Shown here in pieces: positions 27,624-39,170 of a DNA stretch of 64,000 nt (its first letter is position 1; each line of letters opens with the position of its first letter). The notes under the pieces are model-generated. The model saw only the letters and a program-made list of their open reading frames with translations, did not search any database and was not told where the DNA came from. The stretch is from IMG/VR virus record IMGVR_UViG_3300027974_001530, one strand, 5' to 3'. This DNA is from a virus. Lineage: Duplodnaviria; Caudoviricetes. A program made the translations under genes and the position numbers.

Positions 27624-28766
27624 TTAAGTTTCCACGTTAAAAAAACCATAACCATATTTGACTAAATCTCCTATGTTATCAACTTCTCCTAATCTTTCGA
27701 TAGATTCTAACGCCGAATTTTTCCCCCTTTCAATAAATAAATCAGATCTTATTTCAGGTTCATAAGCCACCCCAATTAATGCTTCTTCTTTTGTCATCGC
27801 AGATAAAACCAAATCATTTTGTGTTAATCCCGAAGATTGAACAAAATATAATGTTGTACCTCCACTTAGGTCCCAATAATCCACACCATTTATTGTATAC
27901 GCAGAATACGATCCATTTGGTACTGATCCGTAATAGATACCAACAACTCCTGTTTCTCCTGTTACTTGTATTCCTAATGGGTATGGTACTGGTCCATACT
28001 GTTCTAAGTCAGATAATGTAGAATTTGTCGTTCCTGTTACCAAAAATGGTACTCCAACATAACTTGAACTTATATAATCTATAATATTTGGGTTCGAGTC
28101 TCCTGTAAATAAGAAATCATAACTTACGGGAATGTTTGCCCAATTACCCCCTTGTTGGTAAAATACTACCGTTCCATTTGGATTAATTGGTACTATATTT
28201 TGGTAAGGTACGTTTATGGTTTTTGTAACTTCAGTTATCCCCCAAGGTGTAGTTCCTTTAATTTTTATTGTATAAATACCATTAGATGCGGGGTACGTAT
28301 GGTTTAATGATGAGGGTGAAAAAATATTAATAGGGACTATCGGCGATCCATCCCCCCAATCTATTTCAAATACCGATTGAGTTACATTATTTGATGTATT
28401 AAAAACATAAAATGTATATGGATTAATAGTGTCAGATGAAAAAATAAAGTTATTTAAAGTTTCTTTTTGGTAAATTAAACCATCAAACACAGAATACCAT
28501 CCCATATCGTATGTTGTCTGTGTTAACATGATTGGAATAGTTAACCCTGTTAAGGTTGAGTCTCCGTTTGTTCCCCCTGATAATAATTGGGTCATGGAAG
28601 AATAAACATATGTTGTCCCTGTTTCACAATTAACGTAAGTTACCCCTGTAGGACAACAAGGATCTTCCACATATATTTCTTCACAATCTCCTGTCCAATT
28701 AATAGGAAATATTTTATTCTTTATATCTTCAAGACCAATCTGTATATAATATCTTTGTTCTTCCAT
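27624..28766 (-). CDS. putative structural protein with PKD-like Ig domain
   Basis: FEIDWGDGSP...LNHTY...YTIKIKG PKD signature. Confidence 0.6.
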   Translation of the reverse strand: MEEQRYYIQIGLEDIKNKIFPINWTGDCEEIYVEDPCCPTGVTYVNCETGTTYVYSSMTQLLSGGTNGDSTLTGLTIPIMLTQTTYDMGWYSVFDGLIYQKETLNNFIFSSDTINPYTFYVFNTSNNVTQSVFEIDWGDGSPIVPINIFSPSSLNHTYPASNGIYTIKIKGTTPWGITEVTKTINVPYQNIVPINPNGTVVFYQQGGNWANIPVSYDFLFTGDSNPNIIDYISSSYVGVPFLVTGTTNSTLSDLEQYGPVPYPLGIQVTGETGVVGIYYGSVPNGSYSAYTINGVDYWDLSGGTTLYFVQSSGLTQNDLVLSAMTKEEALIGVAYEPEIRSDLFIERGKNSALESIERLGEVDNIGDLVKYGYGFFNVET

Positions 28767-29548
28767 TATGGGTTCATATATTCATACCAGTTTATTGGTG
28801 TTGTTGTTCCAACTCTATTATTATTGTTGTCTTTAATAGTATATGTAAAATCACTGTAATCTAAATTAACTTCATAATAAAAATACTCAGCGGGATCAAA
28901 ATTATATTGTGTAGGTAAAATACTTGTTTGTGGAGTGTTTGTCATAATAACATAACTTCCCGTTTTACCGTTAAAGAATTTGGCCCTCATATAAAAAGTA
29001 TCTATATCAATAAAATCTCTACTTCTAACCCAATAAATAAAAAACCCTTCTTTATCTCCAACAAAGTCTAACTTAAATTCAGGTTTTTTTATGTTAACAG
29101 TAGGGATGGACGGACTTAAAACTAAACCGTTTTCTATTCCCCCTTGTTGTACTGGTAAAATTATTGTTAAATAATTTCTTTGTGTTGCAGAATCTTTAGT
29201 ATCATATAGGTCTAACTTGAAGAAACTTTTTGTGAATGGTTTTGTGTAATAATAGACTTCATTAACGGAAAATCCTTCGGTTAAATAAGAAGAGTTCCAT
29301 AAATTAAGAGATTGATCAAAAAATCCAAAATCGTAATTTATATCGGTCTTATCAGTATTATCATGTTTTTTATGTGAGAATCTTGCAACCTCAAAATCAT
29401 TTTCTTTACCAATAACCTCATCAATAGTTTTAAGAACAAATTCATCAATGGCGTCATCATTACCATCTATGTCCCACTTAACTTCAACAGGTATATTAAT
29501 ATAAACGTCTGTTGGTTTTTTCAATATTTTATAATTATTCACAATCAT
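28766..29548 (-). CDS. putative structural protein
   Basis: 260-aa aromatic-rich ORF in the coupled baseplate operon. Confidence 0.55.
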   Translation of the reverse strand: MIVNNYKILKKPTDVYINIPVEVKWDIDGNDDAIDEFVLKTIDEVIGKENDFEVARFSHKKHDNTDKTDINYDFGFFDQSLNLWNSSYLTEGFSVNEVYYYTKPFTKSFFKLDLYDTKDSATQRNYLTIILPVQQGGIENGLVLSPSIPTVNIKKPEFKLDFVGDKEGFFIYWVRSRDFIDIDTFYMRAKFFNGKTGSYVIMTNTPQTSILPTQYNFDPAEYFYYEVNLDYSDFTYTIKDNNNNRVGTTTPINWYEYMNP

Positions 29549-31268
29549 CTATAATAGGTTCTGCAATTACGTTTGGATTATTTATATTACTTCCGTCTCC
29601 AATTAATCTGAATATAATTTGATCGTAAGGGTAATGACTACCATTTAAAAATGGGTAATCAACTCCGAATCCTTCACTATCTTTGTACCCATATGGGTAA
29701 ATATCTCTCCATCTAAAAGTTTGACTTGTTATTGAGAAATATGAGTAGTCAGGAACTAAATCTATATTTTGATATCCTTCTTCATTTACAGATGTTGAGA
29801 AAACTTTAATTGTCATTGGGTGGTGTACTTTATAGTAATACCCTAATTGATTTGATGGTGTTAACAAACTTGTTGATGTAAAGTAGTTAGGATTAAATGT
29901 GAATTTTTGATAGGTACTTGATATAACTCGTTCTTTTTGTTCATAAGGATTAAATTCACAAAAGTCTCCATTTATGTTATCTCCAATATTTAAATTATCG
30001 ACATAATAAAAAACATTACCATTAGATGTGTAATTGTTTGTTAAAAACCCTGTATCCGATTGTGTATTTGTTTGATCCCACCAAACACTAGGTTGGTTAT
30101 TCTCTAAAGGTAAATTAAATTCGTAACCCTCTTTAAGATTTGTATTCGGACCTAATGTCCACCCAAAATATCCTTTCCAAATAAAACTAAAAAATAACTC
30201 GCTTACAGGTCTGTTAAGGTTATCCCTTAAACCGTCAATATCAATGTTATTATTAAACATTAAATTGTAACTGTCATTACCTTCTTTAATTGAAGATCTA
30301 TCAACCCCATTTGGTGTTAAGACCGCTTTTTCAAATTTAACGGCTTTACTAAAAATATTTTTTTCAAATCCGGCATTAACTAAAACAGAATCTTCAATAC
30401 TAGTTAATATTTTGTGAACCCTAACATAATAGTTTGAGGTTGTGTCTATTTCATTAGTTGCGTTTATAATTCTTTTAAATGTCCCTGTTGTGTTCACACT
30501 GAAAGTGGTACCTAAATACCCTATATTTTGTATGTTAAAAATGTAATCTTCAGAATCATAATTTTCATTACCCAAAGAAGTCACTTGAAAGGTGTCTGTT
30601 CCATTGTAATTAAAGTTAAGTTTAACTGATTCTCCAACAGATAATCCATGATTCATAGGACATCTAAATGATATTACATCGTCACCATATAAAGTGTTGT
30701 TTTCAATAATAAACGGTATTCCATCAAAAGCCTGCCAAGACCATGTGTTTGTAGTATCTTGATCATCAGCATATAATTGTCGATCAACATTTAAATGTGG
30801 GTACGTTAAATAATACATCCAATTATATGTTGTTGCACTTTTATTAATAAAACTAACATGATTACCCACACCTGTTGTGTATCCATTTACATTATTATCT
30901 GTCCTAATAAGATCAAATTCATAATATTGTGGAAATCCATCCCAAGGTGCTGATGGATTACCTATTGATGTAACCGCATTTGATATAGCGTTTGTGTAAT
31001 ATAAATTATTTCTATATGGAACATAAGACGTTCCTCCACTGTATTGGTTTTTAAATAAAAATACTATCTTTGTTGTTGGTCTAAATATTGTAGATTCTCC
31101 TCTTTCTTTTTGAAACAACTCAGCCAAATTTATTTCTTCGGTTCTATCATATTCAACTTGTTGTTTAAACGTTTGATTTAGAGGAACTCTTACCGCTTCA
31201 TCAACATTTGAGGATATTTTATTCTTTTTAGATCCTAATAATATTTGTATAGTTTCATTATTACCCAT
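29535..31268 (-). CDS. putative structural protein
   Basis: 577-aa Asn/Tyr-rich ORF overlapping both neighbours. Confidence 0.55.
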   Translation of the reverse strand: MGNNETIQILLGSKKNKISSNVDEAVRVPLNQTFKQQVEYDRTEEINLAELFQKERGESTIFRPTTKIVFLFKNQYSGGTSYVPYRNNLYYTNAISNAVTSIGNPSAPWDGFPQYYEFDLIRTDNNVNGYTTGVGNHVSFINKSATTYNWMYYLTYPHLNVDRQLYADDQDTTNTWSWQAFDGIPFIIENNTLYGDDVISFRCPMNHGLSVGESVKLNFNYNGTDTFQVTSLGNENYDSEDYIFNIQNIGYLGTTFSVNTTGTFKRIINATNEIDTTSNYYVRVHKILTSIEDSVLVNAGFEKNIFSKAVKFEKAVLTPNGVDRSSIKEGNDSYNLMFNNNIDIDGLRDNLNRPVSELFFSFIWKGYFGWTLGPNTNLKEGYEFNLPLENNQPSVWWDQTNTQSDTGFLTNNYTSNGNVFYYVDNLNIGDNINGDFCEFNPYEQKERVISSTYQKFTFNPNYFTSTSLLTPSNQLGYYYKVHHPMTIKVFSTSVNEEGYQNIDLVPDYSYFSITSQTFRWRDIYPYGYKDSEGFGVDYPFLNGSHYPYDQIIFRLIGDGSNINNPNVIAEPIIDDCE

Positions 31269-34200
31269 TTGTATCTGCGTTATTTACATAAAGTTTAATG
31301 AATCTATCAAGTGCGGTAAAACCGTTATTCAATCCAAAATAAAAATGGAACGGTGCCCCAACAAGAATAGGGTCTAAACCAGGTGTGTTTGGTGCTCCAT
31401 AAGTAACGTTAACTGTTGTTGGGTTAGGTCCTGGGGTAAAGTTTGCAATATGACCTTCTTGTGTTGTTGTGGTTTTAAAATAATCTGAGGTTTGGAAATC
31501 TAAACTCTGGTATTTGTTTTTATAAAACCCTCCACTTGTTATAAATGGGGATGTATACCAATTATTATTCTCCGTCCCAAAAATGTAATTTGATGGGGAA
31601 GTAATTTGCCATTTATAGAATGGAACTTCTTGTGTGGATGGATACCCATAATTATAACCAACAAATGGTGAAATGTTATATGTTTGTATTCCAGGTGTTA
31701 ATTTTTTTCTTGTTATTTTTTCCTCGTTATTGTCTTGAAAGAAAATACCAAAAATAGGTCTTGATGGTGATTGGGTGTCGTCTCCAATGAATAAGTAGTT
31801 ATTTGGGTAGTTCTGTTCTAAATAAGGATTTACTTTAAATTCACTATTTGTTGAGATTGCTTGTGCAAAATCTCCGTCAATTCTATCACCACCTCTCGTA
31901 CTATTAAAGAACTGAACAACACCTATACCTTCTCCTTGATTTCCGTTTGTAGATACCGGAAACATTTGTTGTATTATAGTTTGATTCAGTAATCTAGAAA
32001 TGAATCCCATTTGCATAATATCAGAATCATCACTATATGAAGTTGATTTTAATTGGTTTGCAAAATAACCCTCTAAATTTTCATTATTACATATTTGATT
32101 AATGAATTCATCTCTTGGTCCTAAATCTACAATTGTTGTTGGACTTTGTATTTGTTTGTCGTTATATCCTGGATTATTGATAAATAATGCCGCCAAGTTA
32201 TTTGGTGGGGTTGGTGATGGTTTACCAATGAATTGGTTAACAAATCTATCCCAAGGAGATGATCTATAATAGAAAGTATTTTGTGCGTCATCAAAAACTA
32301 CAGTATCTTTACAGTAATTGTATGTTGGGTCAGTAACTGAATTATTTGCATATGTGGATGTCTTATTAAATGAAGGCATATATAAAAATCCATTTATCCA
32401 ATTGTTTTGGAATACTCTTGCAAAGACCCCTCTACATGCCGCTAACATTAACAAGTATCTAACTTTCCATTCTAAAAATAATTTCACATCTTCATCGTAT
32501 TGTGAAATATATTTTTTATTTAAAAGGCAATAACATCCTTTAACAACTCTATTACTTGGTACATCACAATTTGGGTTTACGGTAATTCCGGTACCTGAAC
32601 CTGAGTAACATTGTAACGAAACCAAACCATCACAAGTTAATGTTGAGGTTAATCCCGTAACTAATCCTGTTGAGTCAGCATAATTACCTGTTGGTAGTGT
32701 TCCTGGACCACCAATACTAGGGTTTGACTGAACCCCACTACCCTTAAAGAAATAAAAGTTATTATTTTGATGTAGTCCATATCCTGTTTGAGAATCGTTA
32801 CCATCTTGAGTTCTTGTTGATGTTGGTATTCTATCACTTCTCATCACAAGTTTAGTTTCATCCAAGAAGTTAACTGTCGTAGTTAAATATCTATAATATG
32901 CTCTTGAGTATAATCCATTATACCCATCGAATGGCGTACCATAATCATTATTCGATCCAACTGAATCATAAAAATTATATATTACAGGGTTTAATGCTGG
33001 TCCTGCCTGTGAAAAAGAACCTATAAACGTACCACCAACAAAATAGTCTTGAACATATTTTGGTATAACCCAATTATATGGTGATGATGTAAACAAATTG
33101 TATGGTGATGATGATATTGTTGATAACGGAGGGAACGTTATGTCAGGTCTATAAGAACCTGAGTTATCATCTGTTGATAAATAATAGTAAGGTAATGTTG
33201 ACGTAAATCCTGTATATTGACCTGGTGTAAGATCAAATATTAATGATGGAAAATATAAATTGTTTGTTGTATTATCAACAGTATCGTGAGATAATGGTTT
33301 AATATTATTTGTTGATAATGGTTGTATAGGGTAATTTAAATAATAGTTACCAGTAATTATAGGTCCAACCCCATATGAAGAATTACCAAATATTATTGAT
33401 AAATCGTATTCTATTTCTTGTTTAGGGGTAAAAGGGTCCACCCCTCTTGTTAATATTATAACCTCTAAAGTATTTCTAACACTATTTTCAATTGCATCTA
33501 TTGCGTTACCCGATGAATATAATGCTGGAGTTAATAACCCCACACTACATTCATCACCATAAACAAATCCTATATCGTGTAATAAGTATTTCTTAGGGAA
33601 TTTATTTAAATCGGCAATACTAAAGTTTGTATTACCTGTAAATGAATTAACCGTATATCCAGTTATTACTTGAAAATACTCAATGTCGGTAGGGTATTCT
33701 AAATAATAGTCAGTTTGACCTGTATTAATTACGTATATTGTTGACTGCAGTAGTCCTGACCCATTTGATGCGGGGTCGGCATAATCTATTGTTCTAACTA
33801 TTGGTGTTACAGAATCACCTGTAAATGTAGTACCTGTAATTGAGGTGTTATTAAATTGATTTTGGGTTGCTCCTGTTAAATTAACCCAACCTCCCGACAA
33901 TTTTGGGTCTTGGAAGGTTATTACTTCTCCCACACCTAATTGTTGGATCATACCAGCTTTTGCAATAACAACTAATACCTGATCTTCAAAAGGGTCACTT
34001 GGTGTTCCAACTAAAGATGGATTTACCTTGGTTTTAACTTTATTAACACCTGAGTTTGCACCTCCTGAAGGAGAGTTTTTAAAATATTTATCTCTAGTAT
34101 TAAACTCATTTAATTTTTGTGGGTATGTTTCTTTAGTGGGATACGCAAACCATCTTTCATCACTACCGACACTTTTTTCGGCACCAAATAGAAATGGTTG

Positions 34201-36729
34201 TGGGGCATGTAATTTATAAAGATTTGTGGAATCTATTAGATCATAACCTGAAAATATTCTTTGATAATCCAATAATGCTTGTGTTAACACATCTCCTGTT
34301 ATTTCCTCCTCAAAAACTCTATTAATAAGTGACTTATACTGAAGGGTACCTCCACAATAAAATTTACCTTTATTATTTTCATCAGTATTATCGTCAGGAC
34401 TAGCTTGTGGGTAGTTAGGGTGTTCAGCTAAAGAATATGTACCAGGTGAACTTAATGGAGCTAAGAACGTATTATCTGTTGTTGTTGTTGCGGGATTACC
34501 GGCTTCTGACTGCTGGTTATTATATTCATTATTTACTTGTTGGGTTACGGAACTAATATCAAAATCATCATCAATTTCCGCACTTCCACAGTCGCATGAA
34601 CAGGCGTTACATTCAGGATAAGATAACATAGGTAATCCAATTCTAGGAAAACCTTTTAATCTTACTATGAATACAATTACAAAAGCAAAGAAAACCAAAT
34701 ATAATGCTAATTTAAATACCGCCTGTAATATTTGCCAAGCGGTTCTAAGTATTACCCCAATATTAAATACGGGACCTCCTGGAATTGCCGTTGCCGCACT
34801 TTCAAGTGCTGATTGTACCGCATCTATGGTTTCCCTAACTTGTATGTATAAAAAATACAAACATAATATAACTAAAACCCATTTTAAAACAGGCCAAGCC
34901 CAAGCTACAAAGTGAGCCACAAATAATAACACTAATATTGGGAATGTTAATATGTTTAATAGTAACATCGCCAAGAAATATATAAAATCAAATTTTTGTA
35001 CCGCATCATTAACAGGGAATGGATTATTTTTAGAAATACACTCTCTATCATCAATCTCTTTAATCCCTAAATGTCTTGCTCTAGATATACCGTTCTTATA
35101 ACGGTCTAAAAACATTGCGGTAGTATAAACCTTATTATAATTAAGTTCAAAAAATCTATCCTCACAATTGATTGCCTCTTGAATCATTGTGGAATCCCCA
35201 TAATCGTCCCAATCTAAACTAAATGCGTATGACCTAAAAGAATCGTACGCAGCCTGATCGTAGAATGTGAATTCAAAGTCTTGTGTTTGAGTTGTGTCTA
35301 CCGCATTTGAGTTTATTCCTATGTTGGCTCCAGGGGTGTTAATTGGTATACTAGTTAAACTTCCTGTATATGGTACACCGTTTATTGTTATAGTAACGTC
35401 CTGAGAGTTAACATAAGATTGTAAAATTAATCCACCTGTTTGTGCAGGTAATACTATTGCCGGGTTTAAACTTGTTGTGGTACCAGGAACTGAAACCGAA
35501 TAATTTAAAGGAACACCTAATGTTGGATCCGCGTTTGGTGTTGTTGATGCCCAACCATACTCTTTAATATTTGGAACTAAGAAATTTGCTCTCAGTATTT
35601 CGTTTTGGATTCCTCCGTCATTTTGCCAACTAACTTTAAATCTGTATTTACCTTTTGTTGGAATCCCTACTGTGGGGTCCAAAGAAATAATTTGATTACC
35701 AAACTCATCAGTAACAATATAATCTAAGTTCATAGGGACTTTTAATAAGTAAGTTCCGTCACCGTCAATTATTTTACCCCCTTGTTCTATTTCATATTCT
35801 TCAAGTGCTGGATACCCATTTCCATCAACATTTATTGTTTGTCTTATTGCCGATACTCTACCTTGTCCCGCCTTTAATGAACAGAATGTACCTGCCGCCA
35901 ATGGAACTCTACAATTTGTTTTTAACGCTTGTTCGTCTTGGGTGGTTGCAATTGACCCCATAAATGCCGCAGTTGGTTTTATGGTTAAATTTATCTCTTC
36001 AGACAAGTCAAAATCTTGTCTTGTAATTCCAATGAAACAAATATCAGGTTCTCCCCATAATGGTTCAACATTAACTTGTTTAACTAATGTTATAATTTGT
36101 GGTAACTCACTTAAATTGTTTGATGATTTAAACTTAGAACCGTTAAATTGACTTTCAACCGCAAATCCACTATCTATTAAATCTTGTGGTGTTAACGAAA
36201 AACATCCTATGTTTGAAAGGTCAAGGTTCATGACAAGGGTTTGTTGTCCTGTAGGTACCCCAAAAATCATAAAGTCACCACTATCGTTTGTTGTTACTGT
36301 GTACTTATAATATTTGTCATAAACTTCTATTACCGATCTTTCAAGAATTGCTTCGTCTCTATCAAAGAAACTACCCGTTGGTACGTGACCTAAATACTCA
36401 GGAGATTTAGGTAATAAATTATATTTATACCCATCTTCATTTTTATTATTTAATGTTTTGTAAGGATATAATTCACTTATAATTGGGTTTAACTCATCCT
36501 CATTTGTTAACGGTATAAAAACAGATAATTTTGCGTTTGCAAGTCCAAATCCTCCATTAACTGAAACTCTACCTGCAATAACACCATAATCGGCACATCT
36601 TCTTTCGTATATTTCTGCTTGTGTTAATTTAAGTGATAGTATTTCTATAAAGTCAAAATCTTGATCAAACTTTAAATTTACAGATTTATCTACACCTATA
36701 TTAGTTCGTATTCTATATGAATGTGGCAT
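31261..36729 (-). CDS. giant baseplate/tail-associated protein with internal transmembrane segments
   Basis: 1822 aa; N-terminal beta-sandwich (GVIAGRV...YTVTTNDSGDFMIFGVPTG); strongly hydrophobic block at about 34650-34990; TATTTAT at 36745-36751. Confidence 0.6.
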   Translation of the reverse strand: MPHSYRIRTNIGVDKSVNLKFDQDFDFIEILSLKLTQAEIYERRCADYGVIAGRVSVNGGFGLANAKLSVFIPLTNEDELNPIISELYPYKTLNNKNEDGYKYNLLPKSPEYLGHVPTGSFFDRDEAILERSVIEVYDKYYKYTVTTNDSGDFMIFGVPTGQQTLVMNLDLSNIGCFSLTPQDLIDSGFAVESQFNGSKFKSSNNLSELPQIITLVKQVNVEPLWGEPDICFIGITRQDFDLSEEINLTIKPTAAFMGSIATTQDEQALKTNCRVPLAAGTFCSLKAGQGRVSAIRQTINVDGNGYPALEEYEIEQGGKIIDGDGTYLLKVPMNLDYIVTDEFGNQIISLDPTVGIPTKGKYRFKVSWQNDGGIQNEILRANFLVPNIKEYGWASTTPNADPTLGVPLNYSVSVPGTTTSLNPAIVLPAQTGGLILQSYVNSQDVTITINGVPYTGSLTSIPINTPGANIGINSNAVDTTQTQDFEFTFYDQAAYDSFRSYAFSLDWDDYGDSTMIQEAINCEDRFFELNYNKVYTTAMFLDRYKNGISRARHLGIKEIDDRECISKNNPFPVNDAVQKFDFIYFLAMLLLNILTFPILVLLFVAHFVAWAWPVLKWVLVILCLYFLYIQVRETIDAVQSALESAATAIPGGPVFNIGVILRTAWQILQAVFKLALYLVFFAFVIVFIVRLKGFPRIGLPMLSYPECNACSCDCGSAEIDDDFDISSVTQQVNNEYNNQQSEAGNPATTTTDNTFLAPLSSPGTYSLAEHPNYPQASPDDNTDENNKGKFYCGGTLQYKSLINRVFEEEITGDVLTQALLDYQRIFSGYDLIDSTNLYKLHAPQPFLFGAEKSVGSDERWFAYPTKETYPQKLNEFNTRDKYFKNSPSGGANSGVNKVKTKVNPSLVGTPSDPFEDQVLVVIAKAGMIQQLGVGEVITFQDPKLSGGWVNLTGATQNQFNNTSITGTTFTGDSVTPIVRTIDYADPASNGSGLLQSTIYVINTGQTDYYLEYPTDIEYFQVITGYTVNSFTGNTNFSIADLNKFPKKYLLHDIGFVYGDECSVGLLTPALYSSGNAIDAIENSVRNTLEVIILTRGVDPFTPKQEIEYDLSIIFGNSSYGVGPIITGNYYLNYPIQPLSTNNIKPLSHDTVDNTTNNLYFPSLIFDLTPGQYTGFTSTLPYYYLSTDDNSGSYRPDITFPPLSTISSSPYNLFTSSPYNWVIPKYVQDYFVGGTFIGSFSQAGPALNPVIYNFYDSVGSNNDYGTPFDGYNGLYSRAYYRYLTTTVNFLDETKLVMRSDRIPTSTRTQDGNDSQTGYGLHQNNNFYFFKGSGVQSNPSIGGPGTLPTGNYADSTGLVTGLTSTLTCDGLVSLQCYSGSGTGITVNPNCDVPSNRVVKGCYCLLNKKYISQYDEDVKLFLEWKVRYLLMLAACRGVFARVFQNNWINGFLYMPSFNKTSTYANNSVTDPTYNYCKDTVVFDDAQNTFYYRSSPWDRFVNQFIGKPSPTPPNNLAALFINNPGYNDKQIQSPTTIVDLGPRDEFINQICNNENLEGYFANQLKSTSYSDDSDIMQMGFISRLLNQTIIQQMFPVSTNGNQGEGIGVVQFFNSTRGGDRIDGDFAQAISTNSEFKVNPYLEQNYPNNYLFIGDDTQSPSRPIFGIFFQDNNEEKITRKKLTPGIQTYNISPFVGYNYGYPSTQEVPFYKWQITSPSNYIFGTENNNWYTSPFITSGGFYKNKYQSLDFQTSDYFKTTTTQEGHIANFTPGPNPTTVNVTYGAPNTPGLDPILVGAPFHFYFGLNNGFTALDRFIKLYVNNADTNG

Positions 36730-36801
36730 TAATTTCTTTTCTTGATAAATAGTTTATTTCCTATTTTAAAAGGATAACCCTTTTATAAAAAAAGGAAATT
36801 A

Positions 36802-38643
36802 TCAAGAATATGTTACTGAAGATAAATTAACAACACTTACTCTAATATCTTTGTTTCCAAATCTAACTTGGTATATTTGCGTTGGGTCAGCAAAAATAGT
36901 GTCGGATATCAACTGAATTTCTTTTGTTGATTGATTAGAATATGGTTGTGATGTTTGTGATGAAGAATACTGTCCCCCAACTTTGTTAAAGACCTGTATA
37001 TCCGATATTGACAATACTCCGTTTTCCGCTTGTATTAGTCTTCTTAATTCAGAAATATTAACATTTTGACCTAATTGTCTTGACGTTGGTGACATATATG
37101 TAGATACAATATCTATGATTTTTGCAATTATAGATCCCTGACTTTGTGAAGAATCTAAAACCACCGCAATGTCAAACCCTAAGTCAATAACATTAGCACT
37201 TTCTACAGATATGTAATCATTTATCATTCTATAGTTTGATAAATAATTTGCAATATTAGTTTTTAATGCGTTTGGAACTACTGATGTAAGTGTCCCACTT
37301 GAGTCATAAGAAAGTAATTTTATTTTTATTTTGTTATTTTCCTCTACTATCGACACTTTAGATGGTGCCCCAAATTGTGAAGGCATATTTCTTAATAATG
37401 AATCATAGTCATTAACCGTTACCGCTCTATTTTGTGATGAGAAGTTGAAAGAAACAAAATTTCTAATTTCCTCTAATGTTGGTGCTGCCGCTCCACCAAC
37501 CGCAGCGATCGGGTTTGTACAACTTAATGAGTTTGACGTACTTGTATTAAGACTCTCAGAAGGACCGTTAACAAAGAAATTACTTTTCTGTACTTGAGTA
37601 ATAACCCCAACACCGACATTACTTGATATTCCCCCACCAATTCTATACTGAATAAACAATGTTGAGTTTGATTTAAGTGTACTTCCTAAACCTAAATTAT
37701 TAACGTATTTGTTTATGTTAATTGATTGTCCATTCCTTGCAAATTCCCTTAATTGTTCTTCCGCAGAATTATTACCACCACCAAAAGTTAATTTCATAAA
37801 ACCTTGTGGGGTATATTCTGTAATAAATTTATCACTTGTTGTAATGTATCTACCGATTTTAATACCAGGAGCATCCGAAGGTTTTGTTGGGTCTTCAACA
37901 AAAACTCTGTCTTCAACTAAGGCCCTTACTTCATAAAATCTGTTATTAGGAGATAAAAAATCTTGATCTGAAGGTACGTTACTATATTGTGATCCGTCTT
38001 TTACAATGACACTAGTTACTCCCAACACATTTCTTTCAGGTAAAAATAACTCAAAAAATGGTTTAACATCGTTAGGTGTTATAACTCTTTTAAAAACTTT
38101 AGTTAAACCATTAAGAACTACTTCTCTTTTGGTTACTGTGTAATTTTGTATTGTACCATTTGAATCTATATTTGGTCTTACTATTCTTGAATTTGGTTGT
38201 CCTTCTCCATTATATTGAGATGAAAAATCTATATCATACACAGTTTCATATGATTGACCTGCACCATTAACTTGAGTACCTCTTCTTAATATACCACAAT
38301 ATCTTATATCTTCCTTATCTCCAAACGCAGGTACAACAATAGAAAAATCAACTAATGATATTGATGGTCTTTGTCCCGGTATTTTTAAACCGTATGTTCT
38401 TGCAATGTTAAATAATGAAGTCTTTTGTTGTGCGTATTGTAATACAGTCTCTTGTATACTTCTATCAATTTGAAAATTAAGGTTGTCGGCAACTGCGGCA
38501 TTTAAATCCATTAAAACGGAAAATACCGAAGCATCATTAAAATTTTGTATTAATTCAGGATAATAAGTTTTTACGTAATTAACTAATTCTGTTCTAACTC
38601 CTTGAAAATCCCTTGTTGTATATGATATTTTTTTATCTGCCAT
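36802..38643 (-). CDS. baseplate wedge protein (gp6 / baseplate J-like)
   Basis: YTTRDFQGVRTELVNYVK, YRIGGG.SSNVG, AVGGAAAPTLEEIR and QNRAVTVNDY. Confidence 0.85.
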   Translation of the reverse strand: MADKKISYTTRDFQGVRTELVNYVKTYYPELIQNFNDASVFSVLMDLNAAVADNLNFQIDRSIQETVLQYAQQKTSLFNIARTYGLKIPGQRPSISLVDFSIVVPAFGDKEDIRYCGILRRGTQVNGAGQSYETVYDIDFSSQYNGEGQPNSRIVRPNIDSNGTIQNYTVTKREVVLNGLTKVFKRVITPNDVKPFFELFLPERNVLGVTSVIVKDGSQYSNVPSDQDFLSPNNRFYEVRALVEDRVFVEDPTKPSDAPGIKIGRYITTSDKFITEYTPQGFMKLTFGGGNNSAEEQLREFARNGQSININKYVNNLGLGSTLKSNSTLFIQYRIGGGISSNVGVGVITQVQKSNFFVNGPSESLNTSTSNSLSCTNPIAAVGGAAAPTLEEIRNFVSFNFSSQNRAVTVNDYDSLLRNMPSQFGAPSKVSIVEENNKIKIKLLSYDSSGTLTSVVPNALKTNIANYLSNYRMINDYISVESANVIDLGFDIAVVLDSSQSQGSIIAKIIDIVSTYMSPTSRQLGQNVNISELRRLIQAENGVLSISDIQVFNKVGGQYSSSQTSQPYSNQSTKEIQLISDTIFADPTQIYQVRFGNKDIRVSVVNLSSVTYS

Positions 38644-38647
38644 ACTA

Positions 38648-39106
38648 TTAAATATTTAAAATAATGAAATCACTACTGTTAAATGCGTCGGAAGTTATTT
38701 TATAATCAATCCTAACTCTTGCAGTATGTTCTTTTTGTGAAATGTTTGGTACGGTAAACTCTCTTTGATCCTCACCGTTTATAAAAGTACCTTTGTCTTC
38801 ATACTCTGTTGAGGCGTCTGTAATTAAAACATTAGTAATTAAAACCCCAGGCATAAATTCCTCAACGGAATCTCTAATTTCAGCCTCTATTTCGGCAAAT
38901 GTTGGTCCGTCTAATGGTTCAAAAATATATTCATATAATCTTGATCCAAAATCAGGTAAATAATATCTACTTCCTTTTCTTGTTAATAATAAATGTATAA
39001 GATTAGTTCTAACTTCTTCAGAAGCGTAATCTGTTAAATCTAAATATTTACCGTTAAAGGAATCCCTAAAAGGGAAAGTAATCCCGTAAGTTATACCATT
39101 TGCCAT
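38648..39106 (-). CDS. gp25-like baseplate wedge / sheath initiator
   Basis: VRTNLIHLLLTRKGSRYYLPDFGSRLYEYIFEP signature. Confidence 0.9.
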   Translation of the reverse strand: MANGITYGITFPFRDSFNGKYLDLTDYASEEVRTNLIHLLLTRKGSRYYLPDFGSRLYEYIFEPLDGPTFAEIEAEIRDSVEEFMPGVLITNVLITDASTEYEDKGTFINGEDQREFTVPNISQKEHTARVRIDYKITSDAFNSSDFIILNI

Positions 39107-39148
39107 ATCTAATAAATATAGTATTCGGATATTTTATATAAATAAAAA

Positions 39149-39170
39149 AATCACTGATTTCTCAGTGATT
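39149..39170 (-). terminator. rho-independent terminator
   Basis: AATCACTGA-TTTC-TCAGTGATT followed by a T-run on the minus strand; ends the nrdJ operon. Confidence 0.7.
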
